Assembly (NCBI GenBank): GCA_037447605.1 | Contig: CM074809.1 | Coordinates: 1,850,689 to 1,914,688, forward strand | Direction: 5' to 3' | Source of the DNA: Zygnema circumcarinatum SAG 698-1b | Lineage: Eukaryota > Plantae > Zygnematophyceae | Length of the DNA: 64,000 nucleotides | Shown: piece by piece, positions 49,129 through 62,362 of the stretch | How positions within the stretch are numbered: the first letter of the stretch is position 1 | Layout of the letters: each line of letters begins with the position of its first letter | Translations under genes and position numbers: made by a program | Notes under the pieces: generated by a model | The model's input: the letters and a program-made list of their open reading frames with translations, nothing else | What the model was told of the DNA's origin: nothing | Databases searched by the model: none

Positions 49129-49515
49129 TAATGGAGACATCGCAATCCGCCTGCAGTGAAATACTCCCGTAACTTTCCTTTCAAGTTATGCTTTTTGTAA
49201 ATTTTTGTAAGTCTGACACGCCCTACTTTCAACACGTCCCATCGATATGTCTCGCATCAACAGGGTCTGCCATGAAAAATGACAAAAAACAAAAACTGAA
49301 CAGTACCAAGTTCCTGAGTGTTCAAAGACTTTGTTCCAACTTCTTTACTTCGGCAAAATTTGACAAGAACAGAGCCAGAGAGCTAAAAAACAAGACCCTA
49401 TCTGCCCGCCCTTCCAACCGCTGACTGTCCCCTCCACAGTGCCCCTCCCAGCAGCACGAGTGGCCAACCAGTCGAGGAACAGTCCCTTGCAATTCTACCA
49501 ATCATGACCATTCTC

Positions 49516-52500
49516 CTAATACGGCCGATACCGTCGCGTGGAAGGGCTGCTATGATGAGGAGCGGGCCCCACCACTCTCGAAGCTCGAGCGCCATCCCTG
49601 TAGGGGGGAGGAGCTCCGGCACCCCCTCCGCCTGGTTGACTGTTCGCCCCATGCCATCACCCATCACCCATGTCGTCAGAGCCTATGACTATACTCCAGG
49701 CCTACATCAGTGGTACTTTACATTTCGATTCAACAGGAACTATGACGAAGTAGCATGTGACTCACAGTACAATGTGAATCAATTTAACAGCATCAAGAGT
49801 GAACTTTGTTGAATCCAGAAACTGGACAAAGTCTTGTTCTAAGAGCTACCTTGAGATGAATGAAAAGGCAATGTCCTATGCTAGGCCGCAGGAGCTCCCA
49901 AGCGTCAAGCACAACGATATGATTTGCATGTGAATAATGTGCACTTTCTTCTCTTACTCTATTCGAATGACTGGAGCTTGCGGGGTAACGAATTCCCCAC
50001 ACAACGTATCCCAACTTCATACTTAATAACCTCCCCTATTGTGGACGGAAAATGAATGCCCCAAAGGAGTACTAAAATTTATTTTCTTTCAAAAGCAAAT
50101 GGACAACCAGATCTGACCATCAATGAATGTGCATAGCTGCCTAACACTCACGAAAGGTTGCATTAAGTTTAACGTGCAATCTGTAGCATCGGAGGCATTA
50201 CATGTATGAGAAAAAAAGAAAGATGGCTTACAACACATAGCCTACTCGCCCATCAGGTAGCACCATTGGAACCATCGTCATCCCTGCAGGCGCCGGTCCT
50301 CGTCCATAGATAACAGGAGCCGGTGCTGCAGGGGCCTGCTTTCAGCCCACACGAATAAAAAACCCCACATTACGATCACCTCCTCGACGAGAGAAACTCC
50401 AAAACCTAAAAATATTGACAAACTACTCAATAAAAAGTTCAACATGAGGCCTCTCGCTCCTTACCCTTTCATAGAGTACCCTGGATTGCCCATAACCAGT
50501 ACCATAGCTGCCACCTGCCGGATAGCCATAGCCTGCCGAGGGCCCCCCTCCCCTTTGCGGATATGGATTCAACGCAGGCGCAGCTCTGAAGGTGGGAGGG
50601 TACTGCTCCTGAGGAGGTCTTTTTTCTACAGGCGGCTTTGCAAGGGACACCTCCAACGCCTTGCCTGCAGACCATGTAAGAATCTACACGTGAGTATCGT
50701 TTTACATGGACGAGGTCACACCCATTCACTGCTCGGGAAGAAAAACAACGGGCAACACTCGCACATAGACGTCTCTACTCACCATTTAGCTCGTACTTTT
50801 CGCTTTGGTCGATGGCCTTTAGGGCTTGGCTGCGCTCGGCGAAATGTACAAACCCAAAATCGCGTTTGGGCTGTCCTGGTTTTGGCGCTGGCAACATAAT
50901 GCGCATCACACCTCCGTGCTTACTAAAGAGATCTTTGATCTGCTCTTCTGTAGTTCCGTCAGGAAGGCCTTTCACGTACACCACTTTGACCTGCGAGAAG
51001 ACTCCTTCAACTGCAAGTAAGCGTCGTACATTTCATTGCCCACGCTCACCCGTTCATCTTATTTTCATTTATGTCTAAGCTCAGAACAACGAGAATCCAC
51101 ATGTCGAATGCAGTGTCGTCTCCATAGTTTCAGACGCAATATTCACTGCGAAATCCGTATCAAACTAGTGTGCATGGAAACGAAGGTAAACTACCAGTTG
51201 TCATTGTCTATTCAAGCATCTAACCCGGTCTCTGTCAGTAAAGCTCCACACCCAAGTCCGAAATGAAAATTAGTATAAGGCAATGCCTGCAACATTGAAG
51301 CAATGCAGACTCTCAACCAGTCATCAACATTTTCAAACACCTTCATAAGTTTGGTTCACCCTGCACGAATAATCTTGAAGGAGAATACCCATTTGGCACG
51401 GCCTGGCCATATACCATACGCATGCAATATGAGGGCAATGGTCACTGGAAGAGGCGCGTTGACCAGACGGGCCATTGTCAACACCTTCCTATTGCAATCT
51501 TGGGGGCTGTTCCCACGGGAATTTTTGCATCGCGAATTGGCGAAAAGAGCCTTCTCACAGCCGCTTGCACCCGAGTGATGCTGCCATTCACTCTACAATC
51601 TAAAAGGAGAAAAATGACCACACATACATTGGACATGGCAGCCGGATCTGGCTCCGGACGAGGATCTGCCCAACTGATGGTCGGCTGATTTCCTCCAAGC
51701 TTAAGGTGCGGTTTACTTAAATTCCGCCGCGCCCGCTCCGCACATGCATGATTGTAATACTCCACAAAAGCAAACCCACGATTCCGACTTTGGGCCTTGG
51801 GATCCTGCTCAATTCAACAAACATGTCTGATTGCGTTAAACCTACAAAAGGCAAATCGCCCGGGAAAGGCACATTCCGCTATGGACCATTGTCACAAATC
51901 GACATGGCTGACTAATCTTCCCTACTTCTCTTCCATCATCTAATCTTCCAGCACTATAGTATCCAAAAGTTTACCATTCGAGCGTCCTACAAAAGTGAGT
52001 GAGATTCTCCGAGACATACACCAAGTCATTCTGTAACGAACAAAAACTCAGACATCAACAGAGAACCGCACAAAAGCTGCCCTCGACCTTGAAATAACGC
52101 AGGCTTACAGCCTTGCAGACCACTAAAAACTTGTCTTCTCACCTTGAGCAATTCAATGCTTGTAATCCCTTGCCCTTCCTTACTTAAAACGCTCTCAAGC
52201 TCCTCCTTCTCCCATGCCTTGGGGATATTCCCGACAAACAAACGGTTCTTCGGCTGTGAATGGGATACCCGCACTTTCTTTCCCTGCATGATCGCCCCCT
52301 ATCGCTGAAGTATTTCAGTCACAACTTGTAAGGAGAAGTAACTTGTAGCTCCAACCCCAATGCTTCATTTGCTCCATTCTGAACATGTCACGTGTCAGGA
52401 CACAACAACCAAGTATGTTCTTCTACTGGCTCAGCAGCCTACCTTTACTTCTGAACCAGAAAGAGTTGCGATTGCCTTCTCTGCATTCTCTTTATTCATG

Positions 52501-53242
52501 AAGGTCACGAACGCATATCCCTTGTTGGCACCCGTTTCTTTGTCTTTTAGAATCCGCACCTGTACCAGACACTCTCCCAAGCAAACAAAATGCTTGAATT
52601 TTCCTCTGCATACAAAAGCTAAATTATTAAAATTAAAGCTAAATTACCAATCTAAATTACTCTCTTCTTTTTATCGGATCTCAGGCGCCCTGCTTCATTT
52701 TATCCGTAAAGCGACCAGCAGACCCATATCGCCGTCTACTTCAAATTCATAACCAAATCTAAACCTTCACTCACCTCAAAAAGTTCACCGATTGAACAAC
52801 ATAGGTCGCGCAAGTCATCCTCCGTGGTTTCCCTGGTTATGCCACCAATAAAGATCTCTGAACCGTGGGGAGGACGCTGGATTGGATCAATTGCAGAAGA
52901 CTTGCCACTCCCTTTTAAGTCTGTCTCAGCTTCTTCTGCAGCCTGCTCAGAGGTTGCAGGTTGATCACAGTCACCCTCTCCATCCTCTTCGGGAATGGCA
53001 TCCTCGGGCTTTCCCTCATAATCAATGGACTGCTCTCTGGCCTCATCGTCATCCTGGGCTACGTCTGCTGACGCGTCTTCTTCAGCCACATCAGCCACGT
53101 CTTCGGCTGTCTGATCATCCAAATGCTCCCTAACCGGCGAAGCTGCAAACTCAGCATCGTCATCATCCTCTGCATCTTGCACAGCAATCTGCCCTGCCTG
53201 AATTGGCTGCTCCTCCACCGGTTTCACTTCTGGCTCCCCCAT
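49516..53242 (-). CDS. hnRNP Q/R-like (LIF2-family) three-RRM RNA-binding protein
   Basis: Acidic N-terminus, PPHGSEIFIGGI, KGYAFVTF, KNRLFVGNIPK, RNRGFAFVEYYNHACAERAR, VYVKGLP..RDFGFVHF, PAGMTMVPMVLPDGRVGYVL and terminal RRYRPY* (TAG 49516-49518). Confidence 0.94.
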
Positions 53243-54282
53243 GGCTGCACTGACGTGCGCTGAAACTGTGTAGGCAAAGGAAAGTAGGGAGATTGCAGGA
53301 ATGGAGGGACGGAGGAAAATGCAGAATGGCAGATAATGCTTTGGAGTAAGAGTCTGATTTTCCGGTGAAAAAAACGAGGACCCTTGGTGAAGAAGGAAGT
53401 GACTGGCGCCAATGAGAAATGCCTGACCATGAGTTCAACAAAAATGAGCTTTGTGAAAGTGCTGGCAATGAAAACGCTCTGGAGGAATCCCAGGCTCGCA
53501 TGAATGGAGGCTTGGGCACCATGACTGTGAAATCCCGCTGAGAGATGCTATGCATGCGAGGCTGAGGAATGCTTTATGAAGGCAAAAAAAGGAGGATTTC
53601 GCGACTAAGCTCTCAAATATACTGCACTGTTTCCAGCACATGGAAACGCTACATATGGTGCACAGCAATCGCAACAAAAGGAAACATCCAAAATAACAAT
53701 AAACTCAGGGTGAGAGCCTGCCTCTCGGACCCATTACTGCGCACTTTGAAACAGCGAGCAGGCAAGCAAATCAACAAGTGAGCAGACGCAATGGCGCTGC
53801 AGGCAGCCATGAATGGATGGATGTGCAGCAGCTGGAGCGGTGAGAGCGTGGCCCAAAATAAGGGTTTACCTCGTCACCCGCTCTGAGAGAGCACTTCTTC
53901 CCTCCCTCTTCTAGCCCCTTCCCTCCCTGGAGCTGCTGCTGCGCCTGCCTGCCTGAATGCCTGCCTGAGTGCTTGCCCGCCTCCAGGTCCCTCCCCGCCC
54001 GCTCGCTGTCAGCCGCTGGCCACGGCACGCGCCCGGCCGTGACAGCCGGTCTATGCGGCAAACCGTCCGGCATTTTCTAGCAAACGCAGCTTTGACGGTA
54101 ACTGCGAAGCACAGAACCACCCATGCTCGCTCTCAGACAGATCCCATCCCATCCCATCCCATCCCATGCCGCCCGCCGTCAACTTGCAACCAACCGCACG
54201 TTACTGCCGCCAACCGCAATCGCTGTTGTGCATGCGGTACCGTACAACGCTTTGGCCTTTTCAGGAGAGCCTCTGCTTGGGA

Positions 54283-54459
54283 GAGGTCGAGGCTGCTTCG
54301 AGGGAGGGCCTGGAGCGTTGTTGAGCCTAGGCGTAGCTTTCCTCTCCCTAGCTTTTTTCTTTAGTGCTTAGGTGCTGTGCTTAGCGGCCAGTTCCTCGTG
54401 GTTCCCCATGATGACTTCGTCCATGTACATTTGATGGCCTCGCCATCATGAGATCAATG
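54283..54459 (-). repeat. Dispersed relic repeat family R, copy B
   Basis: The reverse complement aligns with copies A (15077) and D (61920). Confidence 0.8.
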
Positions 54460-54814
54460 TCAGTTCTTTCTTTGGCAGTTGTGTGCAACCTGCCAAGATC
54501 GACTTGTTCACTCCGCACTAAGGATGGCAACAATTCTATTATAATTGTGTTTTTTGGCGTGTCTGTAGCCAAAAAAGGTGTGTAAATGGCATTTTCCTAT
54601 TTTTATAGTTAAAAATTATAATTTCCGTGCAACCTGCCGTCCCTACTCCGCACAGGGGAGAGGAGAGCACGCTCGCTGACAATTAATACGGATGGCCGGT
54701 TCATCGATCGCAGCTTTCCGCTTAGAGCGTTTAGGGTTCAGCAACAGCCGTAAAGTAGCAGACACAGGCCAAGGCGGCACAGCCTTCAATGGGGAGTTCA
54801 GAGAGTTGAATTGG

Positions 54815-54895
54815 CATTGACCTCACGATGGCGATGCCACCATATATATGCATAGACGAAGACACTATGAAGGACCGATGTGACCTGGTTATAAA
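54815..54895 (+). repeat. Dispersed relic repeat family R, diverged copy C (start of track ORF 54828-55082)
   Basis: cattgacctcacgatggcgatgcca..atgcatagacgaagac..atg resembles cattgatctc..atggcgaggcca..atgtacatggacgaagtc..atg. Confidence 0.55.
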
Positions 54896-55535
54896 TGAAG
54901 CAGAGGCCATGGGCGGAACTCTGCTTCTACGGATGAGATTTAATGGTTCATTGTTGCATGGATGGAGAAGGCTTGTTTCAGTTGCATCGCCTGAAGGCAC
55001 ATTGGCATTAACCGATGATTGTTTCCTTAAAGCAAACTCTGTAGAGCAACTTCATGGCTTTTTGGCCAAGCTCATGGCTTAGTCGGCGTTGGTAATCGAG
55101 ACTCAGACCACATCAGCAATATAGGACAGTCGTTTGACCGAGGAAAACATTGGAAACATTGGAAGTGTCTCCGTTAACCATGAACAGCATACATTCAAGC
55201 TACTATTGAACAGCGTTAGTACTAGGAATACTCATATATTATATGATGCGCTAGGGCTAAGCTCCCTCTGCAGATCTACATTGCCAAACATGTGAAAATA
55301 CATGAGGAACAATGTAACTTGTAAACTTCAATGAATAGGCTATCCATACTAGCTCTACCAGTCCACTCGCGACAATAAGATAGGAAGCAGCAACACCTTC
55401 GCTTCACGCCCGCTTTTTATGTGTCAGCTGGAATGCTGGCCTGCCTAAAGCTTGCATAAAGAATGTGGGAACGAAAACTTAGTCGACAAAACAAACCTCC
55501 ATTTGTTTCTGTCTAAATTATTGTAAAAAATTCTG

Positions 55536-57840
55536 TCAGCCGGTCAAATAGGGTTCAAGCAATAAATTGGCATACAGGTAGTCGGCCCAAGCATCCGGCA
55601 CTCCCGGGAGACACCAGTGGGTGCAGTCGGACCTGTTCGCCTTCCCCCCCGGAACTGACCAAAGGCCAGTATGCGAGTCAGCTCTGTACTGACTTAAAGT
55701 TGTCACGTCCAAGTACCGAACCTTTCTGGAACTTGAGAATACACCGCCCTCCGCTTTCAAATATGGACCAGCGCCTCCTTTTCTCAATTGACGACGAAGA
55801 TATCTAGGGTTAAGTGGCTTTGTTGCTCCGCACGCACCGTTTTTAGATTTGTAATCGAAGAGGTAATGAGAGGGTGAGTAAGACATAAAGTAAACAATTC
55901 CTGAGTATCTTGTTTTGTCAAAAAGGGTGTTGAGAGTGCCCAGCCCCCTCCTGTACGCATTTATGCTCGTGATATTGACCGGTCGCAGTCTCCGTCGGTA
56001 CACGTTCGGAACGACTCGGTTTGGCACGTATGTGTTCCACCAATGGCCGGAGCCGAAGACAAGAACGTCGAAGGAGGTGAGCGCCTTTGTCCAGATCGGG
56101 TCCGGCACGTCCATGTCCACGGCCAGTGCGTCCGTACGCTTGCCGCCCGCGCCGGTCCCGGGGATGTTGGTCGCCCTCATAAGATAATTTGAGGCAAAAT
56201 ATACAAGTCTGAATGAATAGTCGCGGAAGATCAGGCCCCGAACGGTTCTGCCAGCATAAGTCCTCTTAAATGACTGCACAGCAGCCATGAAGGTGAAACG
56301 GAGGAGCAAGAACTCAGCATCAGATTACTCAACTGGGCAAAGTGTCTATATTTAAGAAGTTTTTAAATGCGCAATCCAGAGTTAAAACGCTGGAAAGAGC
56401 TTTCAAGATCTTTCGAAAATGTCATAGTTTATTTGGTTTCCTTGTAGCGATCAGTAGGAGCTCTCTTAGGGAAGCAACAAGGGAAGAAACTCTTCCATAC
56501 CCTGTATCTGAATTTTTTGGAGGAGAGTAGGCATCCGAGCCCTTCATACAAGTTCTGCATGAGCGAGTCCCCCACAATGGCAAAATCCTGCAAACCGACA
56601 GAACCGGAATCAGACAGTTGTCCCCAAAATATGCATTCTGCAATGGTGTATGTCAGGAAATAAGCCAGACGAATCTTCATGAAAAACACGGAATAAAATG
56701 AGTGCCATGGATGAAATCGATTCGGAATGGAAACTTTGTCTGCCTTAGAAAATAAGGCCACGACCCAGATATTTGCATGTTGATAACCAATGAAAACCGA
56801 ACAACAATTCTCATTTGGGTCCTGTTGACTGAGTGCTCATGTTCCTTGTGTACCTCGGACTGTTAGTTGATCCTACACCAATCAGTCAGAGTGAAAACAG
56901 GTCTCCAGCCTCTTCTTACAATTTCACAATTGCGTCTCGCATATTTGAGCTGCAAAATGAGCGGTGAGACAGCTCACATACTCACCTTGTTTCTGAGCAG
57001 GTTGAGGAAACGTGCGGCATCAAAGTAGGGCATACTGCATCTCGTAGGCACCCATTTGTACTTTTCAAATGCTCTGTTCGTTCTTCCGTTCTTCTGACAG
57101 TTCCATACGTCTCTCATACGTGAATAGCAGGCCGTGGATTTATACCGAGGGAAAGCTGAAGGGTCGTAAACCCAACTTCCAGTGGAATAATCGCAGGGCG
57201 CTGTGCCACCAGCAGAGAAACTGAGAGTAAGGTTTATGGCAAAAGAGTTGAGGGTCCACCTGCTGGTAAGTTGCAAAATCGCCATTCTACAGGGGGAGAT
57301 GGATGGACAGATCTGCGGTTGCTGTGATGCAAGAGGAGTTTCATATGCAGGAGTGATAGATATCCAAACACTTTGTTCCCGAAAGAGCAAGTTACTGATA
57401 TGCTGTAGGGAAATAGAATCCTAACAGCAGCTTAAGCAGCTGCTTCTACTCGCGATTGCAGTATCCGCATATATTCTCACACCATCCCTAACCAAATCAC
57501 CACTGTATTGAGTAAGGCAGGATCAGTACTGTTTGTCACCTTCGTGTTTCGACCTATCTACGTCGAGTTTGCGACAAGAATGCTAGTCTTATCAAAGGGA
57601 GACGTTTTGTCTCTGTGCATAGGCAAAGGGCTATTTGCAGCGTTGCAAGTGTCTGCTCCTTGTTCCAAAAGCCCAAGGAGAAGGGGTGAGCTCACTTGGT
57701 CTGCGTCTTGGAGCAGTCGTGCGCGGCGTCGTCGCTCCATCTGAATGCGGAAGAAGAGATACTACCAAGACAAAGAACAAGAATTTCCGTCGCCTCCCCT
57801 CCATAGCGCACATTATGGCCAACCAGTTATTTTCCTGCAT
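55536..57840 (-). CDS. TBL: Trichome-birefringence-like (TBL/PC-esterase) polysaccharide O-acetyltransferase
   Basis: N-terminal membrane anchor (RRRKFLFFVLVVSLL), PMR5N motif CDYSTGSWVYD..C..NGR..YKWVP..C, GDS motif (AIVGDSLMQNLYEGLGCLL), FGSGHWW, and DCTHWCLPGVPDAW. Start is ATG 57840 or 57804. Confidence 0.95.
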
Positions 57841-58789
57841 TCACATCAGGCGTCAAGAAGCGTGACTTGTCAGTTTTGGACGGAGGTTGCAGGGCAACGC
57901 CACCGGCTGATGGAATCTGCTGATCCAGGAAGAAACGTTTTTCCGCTCATTATTCCTAAGATGCATTTCTGAATTCTGCGAACGGGTTGGAGACACAAAA
58001 TCCTCCGTTTCCCTCTGCCAAACTTATGCACAAAATAAACTATCACACATTACGCAACTGCAAAGTAAGACTAGTTGGGAAGATAAGCCTAACAGCAACT
58101 TTTTTGCTTTTGCATCCTTCGATTCGTTCGCCAGTTCCGACTTCTCCGTCATCGAGATCAGTCCTAGAAAGTTCTTATATTTGCTTGACGCTGAAACATT
58201 CCCTAAATGGGCAAACGGCCGCAACAGCAAACAACACCATCGTGATCGGTCTGACAAACAGCTCCAAACCTCTACTATGCACCTCTAACCTGTACTCTTT
58301 CTTACCTCATCCCTTCAAAAGTTAGAACAAAGCTTGCATTTGCAACTTTCTGTGGACTTTGTCCAAGTGCAGCTGGCCCTTTACCTTGCTGCCTCGGCTT
58401 CGCCGCAGCAGAGGCTCCACGCAGAGGGGGCGGGGCTGCCTCCTCCTCCTCCTCCTCCTCCTCCTCCTCCCCTCTCCTCTCCTTCCTTCCCCTCTCTTAT
58501 GGCCTCCTCCCCTCTCCTCCTCTCCCCCCTGCGGGCGGCGGCGACGAGGCAGCAGTAGCAGCAGCAGCGAGTGCGGTGGAGCAGAGGCCGCACGTGACCG
58601 AAGGAGCAATGCGGGGTGGGGCAGGGGCCTAGCCCGTACGTACCTAGGGCCTACGTACGGTCGAGCCGAGCAATAGGCCAACAGCTCCGTCCGTCCGTCC
58701 GTCCGCTCAACTTTCAAACGTGGCCCCCAGTGCGCCGCGCCACGCGGCCGATCGGACGGCGGAAGACGGGCGGCGGGATCGGACGGCGC

Positions 58790-59805
58790 GCGACAGGGCG
58801 GCAGCAGTTCGCGGGACTGCGCTCAGCACCGACAAAAGGCCAGATTTGAGGGGACTACTGACTGCGCCATGGACCGATCAATGTTGACACGTGGTATTTA
58901 GTCGGCCGGGTCCGCACTGAGCGACGGCCGGAACCGGCTGTCGGGACGACGTGGCAGCTGGGGACCGGGCGGGGACCTTTGGCGTGCCTCGCGCGAGCAG
59001 CGGCCGGCGACGGACAGGAACGGACGGACGACGACCGCGACGTCGGTGTCGTCGGTCGACGAGCCGTACATCGAATCGGCAGAGCCGAGAATCTCCCGCG
59101 TGGCAGTTGCTTCGTTCGGATTGCGGCCAGCCAGACCGGCTCTTGCCTTATTTGCCGCAGAGCCTGTCCAACATGCACATGCTGTGCACATGCACATGCT
59201 GTGCACATGCACATGCACATGCACATGCACATGCACATGCACATACACATGCACATGCAGATGCTGGCACCGGACAATTTTCAGTCTTGCCTGACCATTG
59301 TCCTGCCCTGACGCGAATGCATGTGCATGTGCATGTGCATGTGCATGTGCATGTGCATGTGCATGTGCATGTGCATGTGCATGTGCATGTGCATGTGCAT
59401 GTGCATGTGCATGTGCATGTGCATGTGCATGTGCATGTGCATGTGCATGTGGATGCTAGAAAGGCAAGAGCCGGTGTGTCTGGCCGCGATCCGAAGGAAG
59501 CAAGTGCCGCGCGGGAGATTCTCACTCTGCCGATTCGATGTACGGCTTGTCGACCGACGTCGCGGTCGTCGTCCGTCCCTGTCCGTCGCCGGCCGCTGCT
59601 CTCGCGAGGCACGCCAAAAGTTCCCGCCCGGTCCCCAACTGCCACGTCGTCCCGACATCCGGTTTGGCAGCCGGCCGTCGCGCAGTGCGTACCCGGCCGA
59701 CTAACTGCCACGTGGTCACATATAATAGGTCCACGTGGCACAGTCTGCATTGGTCCGCGCTGGCCGCTTGGTGTCCTCGGCGCGGGAACTGCGCGGCGCG
59801 CCCTG
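58790..59805. repeat. Large foldback (inverted duplication) with complementary (ATGCAC)n/(GTGCAT)n microsatellites in the arms
   Basis: Arm 58888-59258 is the reverse complement of 59318-59714, with weaker similarity out to ~58790/59805. The spacer of ~60 bp lies at 59260-59317. Confidence 0.9.
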
Positions 59806-60354
59806 CGAGGGCCGCGCCAAGCGCCGCCCGCGGCGGGGGAGTGCGCGCCCTGCCACGTCGGCAGTCGGCGGACCGTCACGCCGCGAGTGGTGGACTCGCT
59901 GGCAGTTTAGCACTCGCCGCCGAGCTGCTGTCCGTACAGCCAATCACGTCCGTACGTTCTGACCTTGCGACGAATGCCGAAGCGGACTGGCGGGCGGGTC
60001 GGCGCGGCCTGGCGGTCCGTATGAGTGGGATGTACGGACGCGGCCGGATGCGGCGCGGAGTGACCGCCGCCCGGCGGGGGGGACCGGTCACCGGCCGCCT
60101 CTGGCTGCCCGTCCCTGACATGCCGTACGGCCGTACGGCCGGCATGGCGGCGGCGGCGCACTGCCGGCGGGTCCGTGACGTGACGCTGCCGACCACCGGG
60201 CGTAATCGCGGACTCGCGTCGCCGCCGGTCTGGTCAACGGTCAAAGTTGCGCGGGACAGTCAACGGCGGGCCAGCGCGAGGTCAACGCCCACCGAGCGAG
60301 GGGGAGGGCGGGCCGCGTCGCGGACTCGCGGTGATTGCTTGCTTCATTTTTTTT

Positions 60355-61301
60355 GGGTAGTGATATTTCCACCCCTTTTTTGGATCCAAACACCCCTTCC
60401 CGGCCGGGCAGATTTCAAAAAGGTTTAAAAACGGAAAATGCTTTTTTCACACCTTTTTGGAATCGATACCACCCTCCATCAGCAGATTTTATTTCTGCGA
60501 AACAAGGAAAATGATAACCCGTCGACCCATTTGAATATCCCGCCTACCTGAGTTTTTTTTCACGCGTGCGGTCAATCGCAGCCGTCGATTCCCTCGCAGA
60601 TCGCAAACGGCAGATCACTATTTGATCGGCAGCCGGGCTCGGTCACAGCGCATGGCTCGTGCCCACGTATCCCGCCAAAGTCCTCTCAAAAATTTCTCCG
60701 TACAAATGTCGTACGGTCGCAACTTGAGGAACCCAAAATTTCGTACATTGAGATCTTCGACCAATCAAAATTTTCCACGTCAAAATTGTAACACGTGGCA
60801 GATGTTGATTGGCTGGGAGCTAACAATATGCAAGATCTCGGGCCGAAGGACGCGCGCACTCGCAGGTGCGATTTGGCTTTGACGGGACTCGTGGGCGCTT
60901 TCCATTCGCTAAGATCGAGCCCGGCTGCAGATGGAACGGTGATCTGCAGTGGTGTGATCTGCGAGGGAAATCGACAGCTGCGATTGACACACACGTGTAA
61001 AGGACGGACACCCGCGAACGATCTCGTGGCGGACGGATCTTCCGCTCCGAGCGGATTCGGGCAGGCAGATATTTCTTTCCCTCAAAAAAATAATTCAGGG
61101 AGGCGGGATACAGTATTCAAAATGCGGTGACGGGGTATCATTTTCCTTGGTTAGCAAAAATAAAATCATCCGACGGAAGAAGGTGGGTATCGATTCCAAA
61201 AAGGTCTGAAAAAAGCATTTTCTGTTTTTAATCCCTTTTAAAATCTGCCCGGCCGGGAAGGGGTGTTTGGATCCAAAAAAGGGGTGGAAATATCACTACC
61301 C
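60355..61301. mobile_element. Non-autonomous Mutator-like element with very long TIRs, copy 1 (947 bp)
   Basis: Ends GGGTAGTGATATTTCCACCCC... / ...GGGGTGGAAATATCACTACCC. Inverted similarity extends roughly 300 bp. Flanked by T8 on both sides. Confidence 0.85.
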
Positions 61302-61515
61302 TTTTTTTTTTGTAAAAATCTGAACCAAATAATAATGCGTACGCTACTCTCGCGGCCCTTCCTTGGAGCCGGCCGGGCAGCCGGCTCGCGCGGGTACAGT
61401 TGGCGATGGTGCGTGCATCCAGGAGGGCCGGAGGGGGGGTGGTCGAGATTGCTGCATTTACATGTATTAGTATTAGTGGTCTGTAGACAGTTCCAGCCAT
61501 AGCTTCCTGTCGGAA

Positions 61516-61655
61516 CAGTGGCTGACCTATATATACAACTTGGGAGGGTAGCCCCTCCTCAGGTTTTGAAATTCAACTTTTTTAGTTTTATCTTATGTAG
61601 TTTACGCTAAAAGAGGGCTTAGCCCCCCTCAGCAAAAATCCTGGATCCGCCACTG
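61516..61655. mobile_element. hAT-type MITE (140 bp)
   Basis: Ends CAGTGGCTGACC / GGATCCGCCACTG. The 8-bp flanks tgtcggaa / tgccgcaa match 6/8. Confidence 0.65.
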
Positions 61656-61919
61656 TGCCGCAACGGCGACACGCGATGCCTTACCAAGCGGTGACCAAAA
61701 GCGCGTCGTGCACAAATCTGATTGGCGATGAAGCCTCGCTTTTACGAAATTTCCTTTTCAGTTGATCATCAGCTCTTAGGGCGTACGCGGTCATGCGGTT
61801 CAGCGACACATTGAGAGACACCCAAGCACGAGATGAGGCAGCTGCCTTGTTCTTGCCGCCATTCTCCACAACTTTTATGTACTCGACGACGAACAGAAAG
61901 GAGAGAAGAAAAGGAATCG

Positions 61920-62103
61920 CATTGAACTCACGATGGCGAGGCCATCAAATGAATATGAACAAAAGAAGCATGTGGAACCACGAGGACTGGCCGCAAAGGA
62001 CCTAGGCACAAAAGATAAAGCTAAGAGCGGAAAACTACGCCTAGGCGCAACAACGCAGCCCCTAGAAGCAGCCGCGAAGGTCACCGATGTGAGGCATATC
62101 GCG
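61920..62103 (+). repeat. Dispersed relic repeat family R, copy D
   Basis: Aligns with copies A and B over ~180 bp. Confidence 0.85.
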
Positions 62104-62362
62104 AGGAGAGAAGGCTGCCGTTGCCGCTGGAGAATGTGTCAAAGAAGGTATGCGGTGGTCGTTACTCCGCGCCCTGCTACCCGGCAGCATGGCAGGCAGG
62201 CAGGCTGCCTTGCATGCATGGATGCATGCATGCATTGGTTGTGGCGGCGTCAGAATCAGATGCCGCGCGACACAACCGCGTCGCCGCTCCATTGTCGCAC
62301 GACGTGGCACAAAAGCATTCGACGGCGCCGCGATTCGTGCGTCGTATAGATTAAAAAAAAAT

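Noticed and set aside
59318-59450. Regular repeat that might be taken for a CRISPR-like array
   Set aside because: Pure hexamer tandem with no spacers, in eukaryotic context, and no cas genes.
58855-60428. ORFs with poly-(HV), (CM), (TC) runs suggesting metal-binding proteins
   Set aside because: Direct translations of the hexamer microsatellite in the foldback; no coding evidence.
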